DNA of 64,000 nt from Squalus acanthias (lineage: Eukaryota), in contig CM059431.1 in the NCBI GenBank assembly GCA_030390025.1, positions 147,622,001-147,686,000 of the forward strand. Reading direction: 5' to 3'. The position numbers were made by a program, and so were the translations under genes. The notes under the pieces are model-generated. The model was given only the letters and a program-made list of their open reading frames with translations, was not told the DNA's origin and ran no database searches. Position 1 is the stretch's first letter. Every line of letters begins with the position of its first letter. Positions 24,820-38,500 of this stretch are shown piece after piece.

Positions 24820-26090
24820 TCATAGAACCATAGAATCCTATAATTATACAGTGCAGAAGGAGGCCATTTGGCCCACGCTGCCTGTGCCGGCTCTTTGAAA
24901 CAGATAACCAATTAGTCCCATTCCTCTGCTACTTTAAAACAATATTTTACCTCATCTCCCCGCTGGTTTTTGTGTCAATTATCTTAAATCTGTGTCCTCT
25001 GGTTACCGAGCAAACTGCCGCTGAAAACAATTTCGTCGAATTTACTTTATCATAACCCTGCCTCATTTTATTCAGTTTGGTGCTCCACTGAATTATTTAC
25101 CTAACAATTACCTTAAGCATTCTTTTTTTTTGTTATCAATTTTGAATTCAATTGTGGCTTCAATTTCGCTAACAGGTCTATCATGTAGTACTTTGTAAAA
25201 CGCCTTTTGAAAGTCCATATACACAACATCAACTGCACTATCCTCATCAACCCTCCCAGTTATTTCATGAAAGGACTCGATCAATTTAGTAAAACATGAT
25301 TCCCCTTTAAAATATCCGTGCTGGCTTTCATTGATTAACCCACATTTTCCAAGTGCCAATTATGTTTCTGTCGGATTATTGTCTCTAAATGCTTCTGCAC
25401 GACGTTAGGCTGACTGGCCTGTAGTTGCTAGAGTATTCCTCTTTTTTGAACGGGGGTTAATATTTGTTATCCACTGTTACCCTGGCAGCACTCTGATATC
25501 TAGGGAGGACTGGATGATTTTGTGACGCCAGAGCCTCTGCAATTTCAATCCTTACTTCCCTCAGCTACCGCGGATACAGCCCCTTTGGAACAGGTGACTT
25601 TTGTACTTTGAGCGCTACCGACCTTTTCAGTACCTAATTTCTATTTATGTTTTTCCGATCCAATTTCTATGCTATCGCCTCCTTTACTGTAACATTGGCA
25701 GCATCCTTTTCTTTCGTGAAGACACATGCAAAGTATTCATTTAGTATCGAAGCCATGCCCCTGCCTGCAGAAGAAAATTTCCTTTTTCGTCTGTAATCGG
25801 CCCCATCCTTGAGATTGCCACGTTCCAGGACGATCCCTGCACCAGCTCCGTCTTCGCAACCTGCCGATGGCGACCAACATACTATCCTCCTGAACTCTCT
25901 GTGGCGGTGGGGTGACCACCTCCTGGAACATGTGATCGAGCAAATTATCAGCAACGCAGTGACTCCAGCCGCTCCTCAAGCTCAGAAACTCTGAGCTTAA
26001 GTTCGAGAAGATGGAGGCACTTCATGGACACGTGATTATCATGGAGAGGTGAAGCGCCCTGGAGTTCCAACATGTCACAGGAATATCCAC
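24820..26090 (-). mobile_element. Rearranged CR1 remnants (tail, RT pieces, ORF1 piece)
   Basis: 25108-25359 (VVYMDFQKAF), 25667-25790 (LNEYFACVFTKE), ORF1-like FQEVVTP near 25900-25940. Confidence 0.75.
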
Positions 26091-26193
26091 TGTTGTTGTC
26101 AATGTAAATTGCAGCATTTAAATTCAACAGTGACAGAAATCACGATGGACGCTAAAAGAGATTTTGAAAATAAAATCCCATTAAATTAAATTT

Positions 26194-29100
26194 AACATTT
26201 ACTGTTACTGTTTACTTTTTAAAATCTAAATTTCCAGCCTTAAGCAGGGTTTTAAAGTGATATACAAGGCCTACAATTCAGAGCAGCTGAAGGCAGTTAA
26301 TTAGGGAAACTATTTTCTTTGTTTCAGGGCCTATAAAAACAAGCTTTGCAGTGCGATTTGCACTGAGTGCGGTTTGAACAGAGTGCTGCGAGTTGGGTGA
26401 GTCAGAGAGTCTTAACTGTTTGCTAAAATCAAACATTTCTTTTTTCACATTTACAGTTACTGTTTACTGTTTAAAATCTAACATTTAGCCAGCCTTAAGC
26501 ATGGTTATCAAGGATTATACAAGGTCTACAATTCAGAGCAGCTGAAGGCTGCTAATTAGGGAAACTAGATAAAACTGGTTCTACTGTAGCAGGGCTCAGC
26601 AAGTCCTTTGTTTCAGGGCCTATAAAAACAAGCTTTGCATTGCGATTTCCACGAAGTGCGGTTTGAACAGAGTCCTGCGAGTTGGGTGAGTCAGGGAGTT
26701 AGCTGCAGAGTGGAAGGAGGTGATTCCTTGCTTCACCTTTGCTTTAACTAACTGTTCACCTGTAGGAATTGGTTATTACTTTACACCAAGGAAAGAGTCC
26801 GAAAGCAGGTGCAGTCAAACAACAACTGTGAAACCGCTAAAGTGACGTCACAACCAGGGAAGGAGCTGATTGGTAAGTAGGAACTGGTGAGCATTTGTAC
26901 AGTCCAGTCGTTAAAGTAAAATTAAGTTCTCTAGTTTAGAGTAAGTCGTTTTTAAAGTGAAGTAAGGATCGTCGAGTATTTAATATTCTTTAATTTAAAA
27001 AATGTAAAGGGAGTAAATATAGGGTAATAAATGGCAGGGCAGCTCAGCTGCGTGAAGTGCTCCTCCTGTGCTATGTGGGAAGTCAGGGACACGTTTGGTG
27101 TTCAGGGCGGACACGTTCGGTGTTCAGGGCGAACACGTGTGCAGGAAGTGTCTCCAGCTGCAGCTACTCGAAATCCGCGTTTCAGAGCTGGAGCTGCGGC
27201 TGGAGTCACGGTGGAGCATCTGCGAGGCTGAGATCTTCGTGGATAGCACGTTTAACGGGGTGGTCACACCGCAGGTAAAGAGTGCACAGGCAGACAGGGA
27301 ATGTGTGACCTCTAGACAGAGTAAAAGAACTAGGAAGGTAGTGCAGGAGTCCCCTGGGTCCAACTCCCTCTCCAACAGATTTTCCGTTTTGGATACTGCT
27401 GGGAGAGATGGTTTCTCAGTGGAATGCAGCAACAGTGAAGTCCATGTCACTACGAGTGTCTCAGCTGCCCAGGAGGGGAGGAAATAGAGTGGGAGAGCAA
27501 TTGTGTTAGGGGATACTATCGTAAGGGGAACAGGTAGACCGTTTCTGTGGCCGCAGACGTGACTCCAGATGGTATGTTGCCTCCCTGGTGCCAGGGTCAA
27601 GGATGTCACTGAGCGGCTGCAGGACATTCTCAAGGTGGAGGGTGAACAGCCAGAGGTCGTGGTACGTTTTGGTACCAACGAAATAGGTAGAAAGAGGGAC
27701 GAGTTCATGCAAGCAGAATATAGGGAGCTAGAAAATAAATTAAAAAGCAGGACCTCAAAGTTAGTAATCTCTTGATTACTCCCAGTGCCACGTGCTAGCG
27801 AGATCAGCAATAGTAAAATAGACCAGATGAATGTGTGGCTGGAGAGATGGTTAGGAGGGAGGGATTTATATTCCTAAGGCATTGGGACCATCTGGGGATG
27901 GTGTGACCTGTACAAGCTGGACGGGTTACACCTCGGCAGAAGCGGGACCAATATCCTCGCAGGGAGTGTTGCTGGTGCTGTTGGGAAGGATTTAAACCAG
28001 TTTGTCAGGGTGCTGGGAACCTAAGTGTGTGCACAGAACGGAGAGAAACACACCTGGAAGTGCAAGTTAGTAATTTAGTCAGCAAAACTAGCAGGGAGCA
28101 TAAACAAAGGCAACAGTAAAAAGGGTCAAAGTGCAGAAAAGTATTTAACAGGCAAAGTTCAAGGCACTTTTTCTAAATGCACGTAGCTGTAGCAACAGGA
28201 TGGTTGCATGAATGGAAATAATAGAAGTAAATGGGTATGGCATAATTGCCATTACAGATAATTGGTTGCAGGGTAACCAAAGCTGGGAACTGAATGTTCC
28301 AGGGTACTCAACAATTAGAAAGTACAGACAAAAAGGAAAAGGAGGTGGCATAGCGCTGTTAATAAGGGATGAGATCGGTACTGTAGAGATAAAAGATCTT
28401 GGCTTGGCAGATCGTGATGTAGAACTGGAATCAGTTTGGGTGGAGCTAAGAAACAGCAAAGGGCAGAAAACATTGCTGGGAGTTGCGTATAGGCCACCAA
28501 ACAGTAGTGCTAATGTAGGGCACAGTATCAATCAAAAAATTAGAAGTGCATGTAACAAGGGCAATAGGGTAATCATGGGGGCTTTAATCTAAATATTGAC
28601 TGGGCAAATCAAATTACCACTAATGGTGTGGAGGACGAATTATTGGAATGCATGCCAGATGGTTTCCTGTATCAGTATTTGGAGGAACCAATCAGGGTAC
28701 AGGCTATTCTGGATCTAGTGCTGTGTAATGAGAAAGGGCTAATCAATAATCTTGTGGTAAAGGGGCCTTTAGGGACATGTGACCAGAGTATGATTGAATT
28801 TTACATTAAGTTTGAGAGTGATGTAGTGCAATCTGAAACAAAGGTCTTCAATATAAACAGAGGAAACTACACGTGTATGAGGGACCAGTTGGCCATGGTA
28901 GATTGGGAGACTACACTAAAAGGTATGAAGGTGGACATACAATGTCTAACATTCAAGGAAATAATGCATAATTTGCAACAAACATATAATCCTCAACGGC
29001 ATAAAAATTCAAAATGAAAAGTGATCCAACCATGGCTAACAAAAGAAATTAAAGCTAGTATTAAGTCAAAGGAGGAAGCTTATGAAGTTGCCAGAAAAAA

Positions 29101-31062
29101 TGGCCAGCCTGAGGATTGGGATCTTTTGAGAAATCAGCAAATGGGAAACGAGAAATTGATAAAGAAATGGAAAATGGAATATGAGCACAAATTAGCGAAA
29201 AATATAAAAACAGATTGTAAAAGCTTCTATAGGTATGTGAAAAGGAAAAGACTGGCGAAGGTAAATGTAGGTCCTTTACAGTCAGAGACGGGAGAATTTA
29301 TAATGGTGAATGAGGAAGTGGCCAATAAATTAAATAAATACTTTGTTTATGTCTTCACGGAGGAAGACAAAAAAAAACTCCCAGAAATATGAGAAAACCA
29401 AGGGTGTGACGAGAATGAGGAATTAAAGAAATTATTATTAGTAAAAAAAAAGTACTAGCAAAATTATTGGGACTAAAAGTCGATAAATCCCAAGGACCGG
29501 TGACCTACATCCTAAGGTGTTGAAAGAGGTGGCCATTGGGATAGTGGACGCGTTGGTTGTCATCTTCCAAAATTCTATAGATTCTGCAACGGTTCCTGCA
29601 GATTGGAGGATAGCAAATGTAACCCCGCTATTTAAGAAAGGAGGGTGAGAGAAAACGGAGAACTACAGACCTGTTAGCCTCACATCAGAAGTTGGGAAAA
29701 TGCTGGAATCTATTATAAAGGATTCAATAACTGGACACTTAGAAACTAATAGTAAGATTGGGCAGCATAGATTTAATAATGAGAAGTCATGTTTGACAAA
29801 CCTATTGGAGTTCTTTGAGGATGTAACTAGTGTAGTAGAGAAAGGGGAACCGATAGATGTGGTGTACCTGGATTTTCAGAAGGCCATTGATAAGATCCCA
29901 CACAAGAGGTTGATGAACAAAATTAGGGCACATGGAATTGGGGGTAATATACTAGCATGGATTGAGAATTGGTTAACAGACAGAAAACAAAGTGTAGGGA
30001 TAAACGGGTCTTTTTCAGAATGGCAGGCTGTGATTAGTGGGGTACTGCAAGGATCAGTGCTTGGGCCCCAGCTATTCACAATCTATATCAATGATTTGGA
30101 TGAGGGGAATAAATGTAACATTTCCAAATTTGCTGATGACACAAAGCTAGGTGTAAGTGTCAGTTGCAAAGAGGATGTGAAGAGGCTTCCAGGGGATATC
30201 GGCAGGCTCAGTGAGTGGGCGAGAACATGGCAGATGGAATATAATGTGGTTAAATGTGAAGTTTTCCACTTTGTTAGAAAAAACAGAAAGGCAGTGTATT
30301 TCCTAAATGGTGAAAGATTGGGGAATGCAGAAGCTCAAAGGACCTGGGTGTCCTTGTACATGAGTCAGTGAAAGTGAATCTGCAGGTGCAGCAAGCCATT
30401 AGGAAGGCAAGTGGTATGCTGGCCTTCATTACAAGAGGATTTGAGTACAGGAGTAAAGAAGTCTTACTCCAATTATACAGGGCCTTCATGAGACTACACC
30501 TGGAGTACTGTGTACAATTGTGGTCTCCTTATCTGAGGAAGAATATAGCTGCCATAGAGGGAGTGCAACGAAGGTTTACGAGATTGATTCCTGGGATGGC
30601 GGGACTGTCGTATGAGAAGAGATTGAGTAAACTAACCTGTATTCTCTTGAATTCAGAAGTTTGAGAGGGGATCTTATTGAAGCATACAAAATTATTACAG
30701 GGCTTGATAGGATGGATGCTGGGAGAATGTTTCCCTTAACTGGGGAGTCTAGAAACAGGGGCCACAGCATCAGGACAAAGGGTAGGCCATTCAGGACTGA
30801 GAGGAGAAGAATTTTTTTCACAAAGAGGGAGGTGAATCTTTGGAATTTTCTGCCCCAGAGGGCTGTGGAGGCTCAATCATTGGGTATATTCAAAACAGAA
30901 GTCAATAAATTTCTGACTGGTAAAGGCATGAGGGGAATATGGAGATAGGGCCGGTGAATGGAGTTGAGGCAGAAGATCAGCCATGATCTTATTGAATGTT
31001 GGAGCATCCTCGAAGGGCCGAATTGCCTACTTCTGCTCCTATTTCATATGTTCTCATGTTCT
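26194..31062 (+). mobile_element. Near full-length degenerate CR1 LINE (5' UTR, ORF1 zinc finger plus esterase, endonuclease, RT, tail)
   Basis: MAGQLSCVKCSSCAMWE (27031), HVCRKC, CCLPGARVKDV (27569), endonuclease 28212-29017, RT 29700-30948 with FADDTK, tail ending ATGTTCTCATGTTCTT. Confidence 0.93.
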
Positions 31063-33620
31063 TAAATTAAACGAAAGTTCATAAAACTAAATTTAATTTG
31101 AAATAAATGAAATTAAATTTAATTTATTGCATTTAATTAAATCTAGTTTATTATATAGCACTTTAGGCATGACAGTTTTAATATCCGAGTTGCATTGCCC
31201 AGTGATATTTGTTGCAATTCTCGTGTTCTTTGCTTGTAGAGTTGTAGAATGAACTGATATCCCGAGGCTGACGGACTTGGTGTTGGGTTTTACTCCCCTA
31301 ACTTGGTGGTCCGGCGGAATTCCGGGACTGGGGAAAATGACATCTGGTCACTGAGAAAGCCGAAGCATTCTGACACAGACACTGATCGGCGGCAGCATTT
31401 CCTGTTCTAAGACAATCCGACTGTGACCTCATTTCCTGTGGCCATTCGTGAAGAGCGCCACAGTCTGGAGTCGGGGGCTCCTGATGACGTAGCGAGTGCT
31501 TCAAAAGTGGACCTGGTTCGTCACACTTCTGATACTAACAGGCAATGAGTGCAACGCTCAGCCGATTCTGTGACGTGTCACCAATTATATTCAGGAGCTC
31601 CTGCATCTTTCACTCCTCGCAGTTTGTATATTCAGTAGTTTTATTTGACATTTGCAGTTCAAGGATAATAAATAAATCACGAATATTTATGCCTACTGTT
31701 TTTTCGGGATAATTAGACTTGTGGACATCAACTCTGGGCATTGATTTTCTTCCCATTAATGTAACATAAGATGTATTTAATTCCGGTTGTGGTAAGGATC
31801 CTTTTACATTCTTCTAGCATTGAGTGGAACAAGAGACAGATTCCGATGTTAAGGGCGGCCGTCAGCCTCTGGACGGAGCTCTGTAATTATCCACTAACAT
31901 TCTACAACCACAAAACTCTCTGCACTGTTAAACAAACACATCCAACGCGATCATCGTGTTCCGACATGTCGATACGCGATGGAGAACTTCGCGTGTGTTA
32001 CACCCCAACTTTTTAAGCCTTTCTTTCGACACGATTATGCAATAATGTTTTAATAACATTTAAATCTGTTACTGAGTCTAAGTATTTAGGAGAGACTAGG
32101 TTTCATCTACAAGAAATAAAAACGGACCCACAATCCAAATACTGGCACTGGAAATTCGGCGAGGTGTATGACTGGCGGACAGTCCGCTCCAGCCAGATTT
32201 CCGCCCAGGCCGAAATTGAAAATGACCTTAGATACAGAATATTCAGATTCCACTAATCCCAAATGGACTGATAACTACAGGCATGCAGTAGATGGAAGAC
32301 ACCACGATAAAAATACAATCCGACTGGGCGAAAAAAATGCATGAAAGCCAATCAGTTTAACATTAATGTAAACCAACAGAGCAATTAATATCTGCGGCGC
32401 CCATCAATCGCCGAAGATGTGTAAAGATGGAGCTGACACAGCGCTGCCTTGTTTACATGTGTAACCCGGTACACTGAATAGAACAGCGGAAGCAGTCAGA
32501 GACATTCCTCTGACTTTCTTACACATCCTGCAGTGTGAACAGTGGATTTACCCAGTTGGAGGGTCAGCTTCGCTTCGAAATCTTCCAACCTGCAACACAT
32601 GTACTGCAGAATAAATTGGAAAACAGTTTCAACCGAGGCACTGAAATTAGCGGGCGGACAAAATGCTAGTTAATTGGCTCGAATCCTCATCTGAAGGATT
32701 TGCACCGAGAAACGCTCTCAAACTCAGGTCCCCAGTGGTGCTGGACGGTTCTATGAATACACCGCCTTGGACTGGCGATACCCGTTCAATGCCAGTTGGT
32801 AAAAGGGACGAGGTCATACACGGCACTGTCTGTGCACCAACACACATCGCGGATTATTCCATGTAAATATCTGAGAGTCCTGTTTACTGATCCTTGCCTG
32901 AAATGCCCCGATTATAAATTCGTATTTCTTACACTGTGTTAACAGCTTACAGGTTCGCTGATTCACATTAATAACACGCAGATTCACCATGATACATTTA
33001 GTAACAGCAAGTAACAACTTTATTTAATGTTGCTGAACAGACTTTCTATAATCGAGACGTCAGAAAAAAAAGTAAAACGAGGCAACTCCAGTAATCATTC
33101 AAAAAGTGGTGTAACATCGCAGCACTGTGAAGGGGCCAGCGGCACCGCTCCTTATTCCCAGCAGAAGGGGTGAAGCAGCCCTTGCAGCTGCAAACAGTCC
33201 AAGCAACATGTTCACCAAATCTGCGAGAAAAAGTAAGGGACAGGGAGTTGTAAACGACTAAATCTATCCCTAAATCTGGTGACTGATCCAGTCAATATAT
33301 GATAGAATTAAATTACAGTCCTCGCAGAATCAGATATTAAACCCGTTGATCAACTGTTATATTCCACTATTAAATTTCACTTAATCACTGACATTTTTCA
33401 TACTTAAGGGGGAATGACCTTGTTTGGGAGGAGTCACTCGGCCAAAGAACTGCAGAAACCCACAGTCCTTGTTGGCGTTAAATGCGACCAAGGGCCCCAA
33501 ATATAGTCGCGTACCTGTGAGTTTTTACAAGAACAATCCTTATGTAGCGGTTAGCAGAGAGAATCTCAGTCTAAGCTGGAACACGAGCTAGAACGGAATT
33601 CTAATGTCCCAATCGAATCT

Positions 33621-34540
33621 CTAGTTCGGCTTTCTTTCATGTTTAACCAATCTCAGCATCAGTGTCCAGGGAGATTTCACCACCTTCTTCAGCTCTTCTC
33701 TGAACTTCCTCTGGGTCGCTGCATAAATACACGTGTTCGTACAGGAACTCAAAAGCTTCAGCATGGCTCCGGTTTCAGTGGCGATATAGGCTGGGTTTGT
33801 GCGGTCGCCTCGGTAATAATTGACGTTTGTCATTCTGGTAATTAAAAAATTCACGGCAGTTGTCAGCCACAGCAATATAAAACTGCCCGATATAGCGAAG
33901 AGCAAAATGATGGATTTCCTTCGGCTCTCAATCGCTGGATCGCTCTGATTCTCACAGCTCTGACCCCGGAGACCCCTGCGGGCTCTGCTGGCCATTAATA
34001 AACGTCTGACTGTAAAACAATTACACAAGGCCATTAAGGTAAAGGGAAGCCAAACGAGCCATATGCTGTGAAACCAGAGATACGCTACACCTGGAGGGGA
34101 GGGAAAAAAAGCTACACTTGACCGACAGCCCCACTGCACGTGGTTAATTATTTGCTGAGATTCATATGCAAACAAAATGGCAATGCCCTTTAAAAAGACC
34201 AGGAACGTGAACGCTGTTATAACCGCGGCCGCAGTTCTCTCGGTGCAATATTTTACTTTATACTTCCGGCAGCAGATAACTATAAAACGGTCAAATGTGA
34301 AGGAGACGGTGAACCAAACAGACACATCGAAGGTGACAGCATTCATGTATAGAATGACCTTACACACGGGAGTGTGGGACAGGAATGAAAGTGGAAAGTG
34401 ATAATTGAAAATATAATACACCATTACATTGATGATCATGACCAGTAGATCTGCTGTTGCCATGGCCACCATGTAGACAGAGATACACTTGGAAAGGCCG
34501 CAGTTTCTTCGGGAGAGAATCACAATTGTCACCAAGTTCG
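33621..34540 (-). CDS. gpr139-like: GPR139-like class A GPCR copy 2, exon 2 (about 329 aa spliced, looks intact)
   Basis: TTTCTTACAG acceptor at 34541; (A)NLVTIVILS, AMATADL, SVWFTVSFTFDRF, KYCT, RRKSIILLF, NTCIYAATQRKFR. Confidence 0.92.
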
Positions 34541-34956
34541 CTGTAAGAAAGAGAGAGGAGAGAAATGATGTTCCAGTGTCTGATTGTAATATATATAGAT
34601 ATTGAGATTATTTTACTCCATTCAGTGTGATTATCAACACGGAGCAGTGTGAGAACAGGATTAGTATTGGAGCCATTACCTGGGAAACCCAGCCACACAT
34701 TTTAATGAGCTGCTGCAGCGCTCACTCTGCACGGGGGGACAAGACGGTCTAGAAATCCGCTAAAATCCTTGTGTTGGAGCTACAAAGAAGATTGTAACAT
34801 CAGTAATGTTATCATAACAAGGGCAACTGGGAAAGTGCGGACGCGCGGTTCACAATGTCATGCTGACACCTGTAAAACAGTTACCATATCCAACATGCGA
34901 CATGAACAGTGAGACGGTTAACACCGATTAACAACAAAGAGGTTACAATGGCTCAC

Positions 34957-35026
34957 CGGGGACACCGAAAGCTGCGAGAATGGGGTAGTAAATCTCTTTT
35001 ATCAGCAGTATATCTGGTCGCCCCAT
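34957..35026 (-). CDS. gpr139-like: GPR139-like GPCR copy 2, exon 1 (MGRPDILLIKEIYYPILAAFGVP)
   Basis: 70-nt exon followed by GTGAGC; phase 1 joins exon 2 to give GVPANLVTI. Confidence 0.88.
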
Positions 35027-35210
35027 TTCCAGTGAGAATGGATGAATTCTGTAGGAGATGAAAGACTCTGACTGGCGCACGGCTGAGACAATAGAGGGGA
35101 ACCTATATTTATCCACACATCTATCCGCCAGGGAGTTAATCAAATTAACTCATAATTGGCATTAGTTACAGTCATTTAACAAATAGACTGAGGTAAGTTG
35201 TTTTTTTTTG
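35027..35210 (-). promoter_or_regulatory. Proximal promoter/5' UTR of GPCR copy 2
   Basis: Homologous to 15560-15744, including GATAAATATAGG and GACTGTAACTAATG. Confidence 0.6.
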
Positions 35211-35289
35211 AATGATTCGTCGGATTAAGAGAAATATGTGAAATTGTTATTGTACAGTTTCAAAAACACGCACAGTACAAACATTCTTT

Positions 35290-35558
35290 ACGAATGGAAA
35301 CTGGAATCACCCAACACTGGCGCTGACCCTATTCCAGCAGGACTGGTGGAAGCAGCTACACTGGCAGCCATCGGCCTGACCCAGCCCTTCACTGACTCCT
35401 AGTACACCAACACCTCCAGAACAGGCGGTGAAACAAATCCTCCAATATATGAAACTGTTCTGCAGCATTAGAGATGACCATGTTCTTCTGGTAATAGTAG
35501 CTCGCGACACTTACACTAGACGTGACCCTGCTCCTCCACTACTAGTGATAACCTACAC
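35290..35558 (-). repeat. Gene-proximal part of the 48-bp minisatellite region upstream of GPCR copy 2
   Basis: CTTACACTAGACGTGACCCTGCTCCTCCACTACTAGTGATAACCTACAC unit; aligns with 15230-15490. Confidence 0.6.
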
Positions 35559-38500
35559 AGAAACATAGAAACAAAGAATAATAGAAGCAGGAGTAGGCCC
35601 TTTGGCCCTTCGAGTCTGCTCCGCCATTCAGTATGATCATGGCTGATCCTCCATCTCAATTCCATATTCCCGCTCTCGCCCCATATCCCTTGATGCCTTT
35701 TGTGTCTAGAAATCTAGCTCCTTCTTAAATATATTCAGTGACTTGGCCTCCAAAGTCATCTGTGATAGACAATTCCACAGGTTCACCACCCTCTAACTGA
35801 AGAAATTTCTCCTCATCTCAGTTCTAAATGTCCTACCCCGTATCCTGAGACTATGAACCGTCGTTCTAAACTTCCCAGCCAGGGAAACATCCACCTTGCA
35901 TCCAGTCTGTCTAGCCCGGTCAGAATTTTATACGTTTCAATGAGATCCCCCTCTCATTCTTCTAAACTCTAGTGAATGGAGGCCTAGTCGATCCAATCTC
36001 TCCTCATACGACAGTCCATCCGAGGAATCAATCCGGTGAACGTTCGCTGCATTCCATGCATGGCAAGTATATCCTTTCTTAGGTAAGGAGACCAAAACTG
36101 CACGCAGTACTCCAGGTGTGGTCTCACTGTGGTAAAACATCCTTGCTCCTGTCTCAAATCCTCTTGAATAAAGGCCAACATACCATTTGCCTTCCTAACT
36201 GTTTGCTGCACCTGTATGTTTGCTTTCAGTGACTGGTGTACAAGGACAACCAGATCTCTTTGTACATCAACATTTACCAATCTATCAACATTTAAATAAT
36301 ACCCTTCCTTTCTGTTTTTCCTACCGAAGTGGATAACTTCACATTTATCCACGTTATACTGCATCTGTCATGTATTTGCCACTCACTGATCCCTGCGGTA
36401 CCCCACTAGTCACCATCTGCTACTCTCTGTTTCCTGTCTGTTAAACAATTTCCAATCCATGCCAGTATATTAGCCCCAATCCCATGTGCTTTAATTTTGC
36501 ACACTAACCTCTTATGCGGGATTTTTTCAAAGGACTTCTGAAAATCCAAATACACCACATCCACTGGTTCTCCCTTATCTATTCTATCAGTTACATACTC
36601 AAAAAACTCCAGTTGGTTTTTCAAATACGATTTCCCTTTTCATAAATCCATGCTGACTTTGTCGACTCCCGTTGAAAATGTCTAAGTGTCCTGTTATCAA
36701 ATTCTTTATAATAGACTCTAGCATTTTCCCTAGTACTGACGTTAAGCTAACCGGTCTGCAGCTCCCTGTTTTCGCCCTCGCTCCTTTTTTAAATAGTGGG
36801 GTTACATTTGCCACTCTCCAATCTACAGGAACAGTTCCATAATCTATAGCATTTTGGAAGATGACAACCAATGCGTCCACTGTTTTCATGGCTATGTCTT
36901 TTAGTACTCTGTGATGCAGATTATCAGGCCCGGGGAATTTATCGGCTTTCAGTCCCATTAATTTCTCCAGCAATATTTTTTTACTAATACTAATTTCCTT
37001 TAATTCCTCCTTCTCACTCGACCCTTTGTCCCTTAGATTTAATTGGGAAGTTATTTGGGACCTCTACCGTGAAGACAGAGCCAAAGTATTTGTTTAATTG
37101 CTCTGCCATTTCCTTGTTCCCCATTATAAATTCTCCCATTTCTGACTGTAAGAGACCTACATTTGTCTTTACTAATCTTTTTCATTTTACATCCTTGCAG
37201 AAGCGTTTACTTTCCGCTTTTATGTGCCTCGTCAGTTTACTATAATACTCTTTTTCCCCTCTTAATCAATCTCTTGGCCTGTTTTTTCTGAACTCTAAAC
37301 TGCTCCCAATCCTCAGGCTTGCTACTTTTTCTGGCAACTTTATATGACTCCTCTTTGGATCTAATACAATCTTTAACTTTTTTGTTAGCAATGGTTGGGC
37401 CGCTTTCCCTTTAGTGTCTTTGCGCCAGAAAGAAATGTATAGTTGTTGCAATTCAAACATTCGTTCCTTAAATGTTAACCATTGTCTATCCACTATCATG
37501 CCTTTTAATGAAGCACCCCAATCTATAATAGCCAACTCCCTCCTCTTACCTTCGTGGTTTCCTTTGTTTTGATTTAGGACCCTAGTTTCGGATTGGACTA
37601 CTTCACTTTCCATCTTAATGAAGAATTCTTACATGTTATGGTCACTCTTCCCTAAAGGACACCGCAAAACAAGATCATTATTTAACCCCTTCCCATTGCA
37701 GAATGCCCAATCTTTGATAGTCTTTTCCCTGGTTGTCTCCTCAACGTACTGGTCTAAAAAAAACATCTCGTACACACTCCAGGAATTCATCCTCCACAGT
37801 ATTACTGCTAATTTGCTTTGGCCATTCTATATGTAGATTAAAGACACCCGTGATTACTGTAGTACACTTGTTGCATGCATTTCTAATTTCCTGTTTGATG
37901 CCGTCCACTACATTAAAGCTTCTGTTTGGAGGCCTATATACAACTCCCACCAATGTGTTCTGCCCCGTGGTGCTTCTTAGCTGCACACAGACTGATTCAA
38001 CATCTTGATTTTCTGAGCCAATATCCTTTCTCATTATTGCTCTGCTATCATCCTTTACGAACAACGCCACTGCACCTCCTTTACCTTTTTGCCTATCCTT
38101 CCTAAATATGGAATATCCTTGGATATTCAGCTCCGAGCCTTGGTCACTCAGCAGCCATGTCTCTGTAATTGCAATTAAATCGTATCCGTTTTCATCTATT
38201 TGTGCTGTTAATTCGTCTACCTTATTACGAATGCTTCGTGCATTCAGAAACAGTGCCTTTAGATTTGTATTTTTAACATTTTTAGACATCTTAACTATTT
38301 TTGAACTATGGCCCTATTTGTCTTACCATTTTTTCTTACCCGGATCCTATTTGTTAGTGCACTCTTTTGTTTATACGCTCTGTCCCTACCTGACACAATC
38401 TGGTTGTCCTTAGCCCAATCCATTTCCTGCACTACTTCCTTGTCTTTTCTCTTTAGCATTCTAGATTTCTCTCCACCGTGACCCCCCCCCCCTCACTTAC

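Noticed and set aside
32647-33017. Short ORFs with faint C-type-lectin-like words
   Set aside because: In-frame stops, no cysteine framework, no supporting exons
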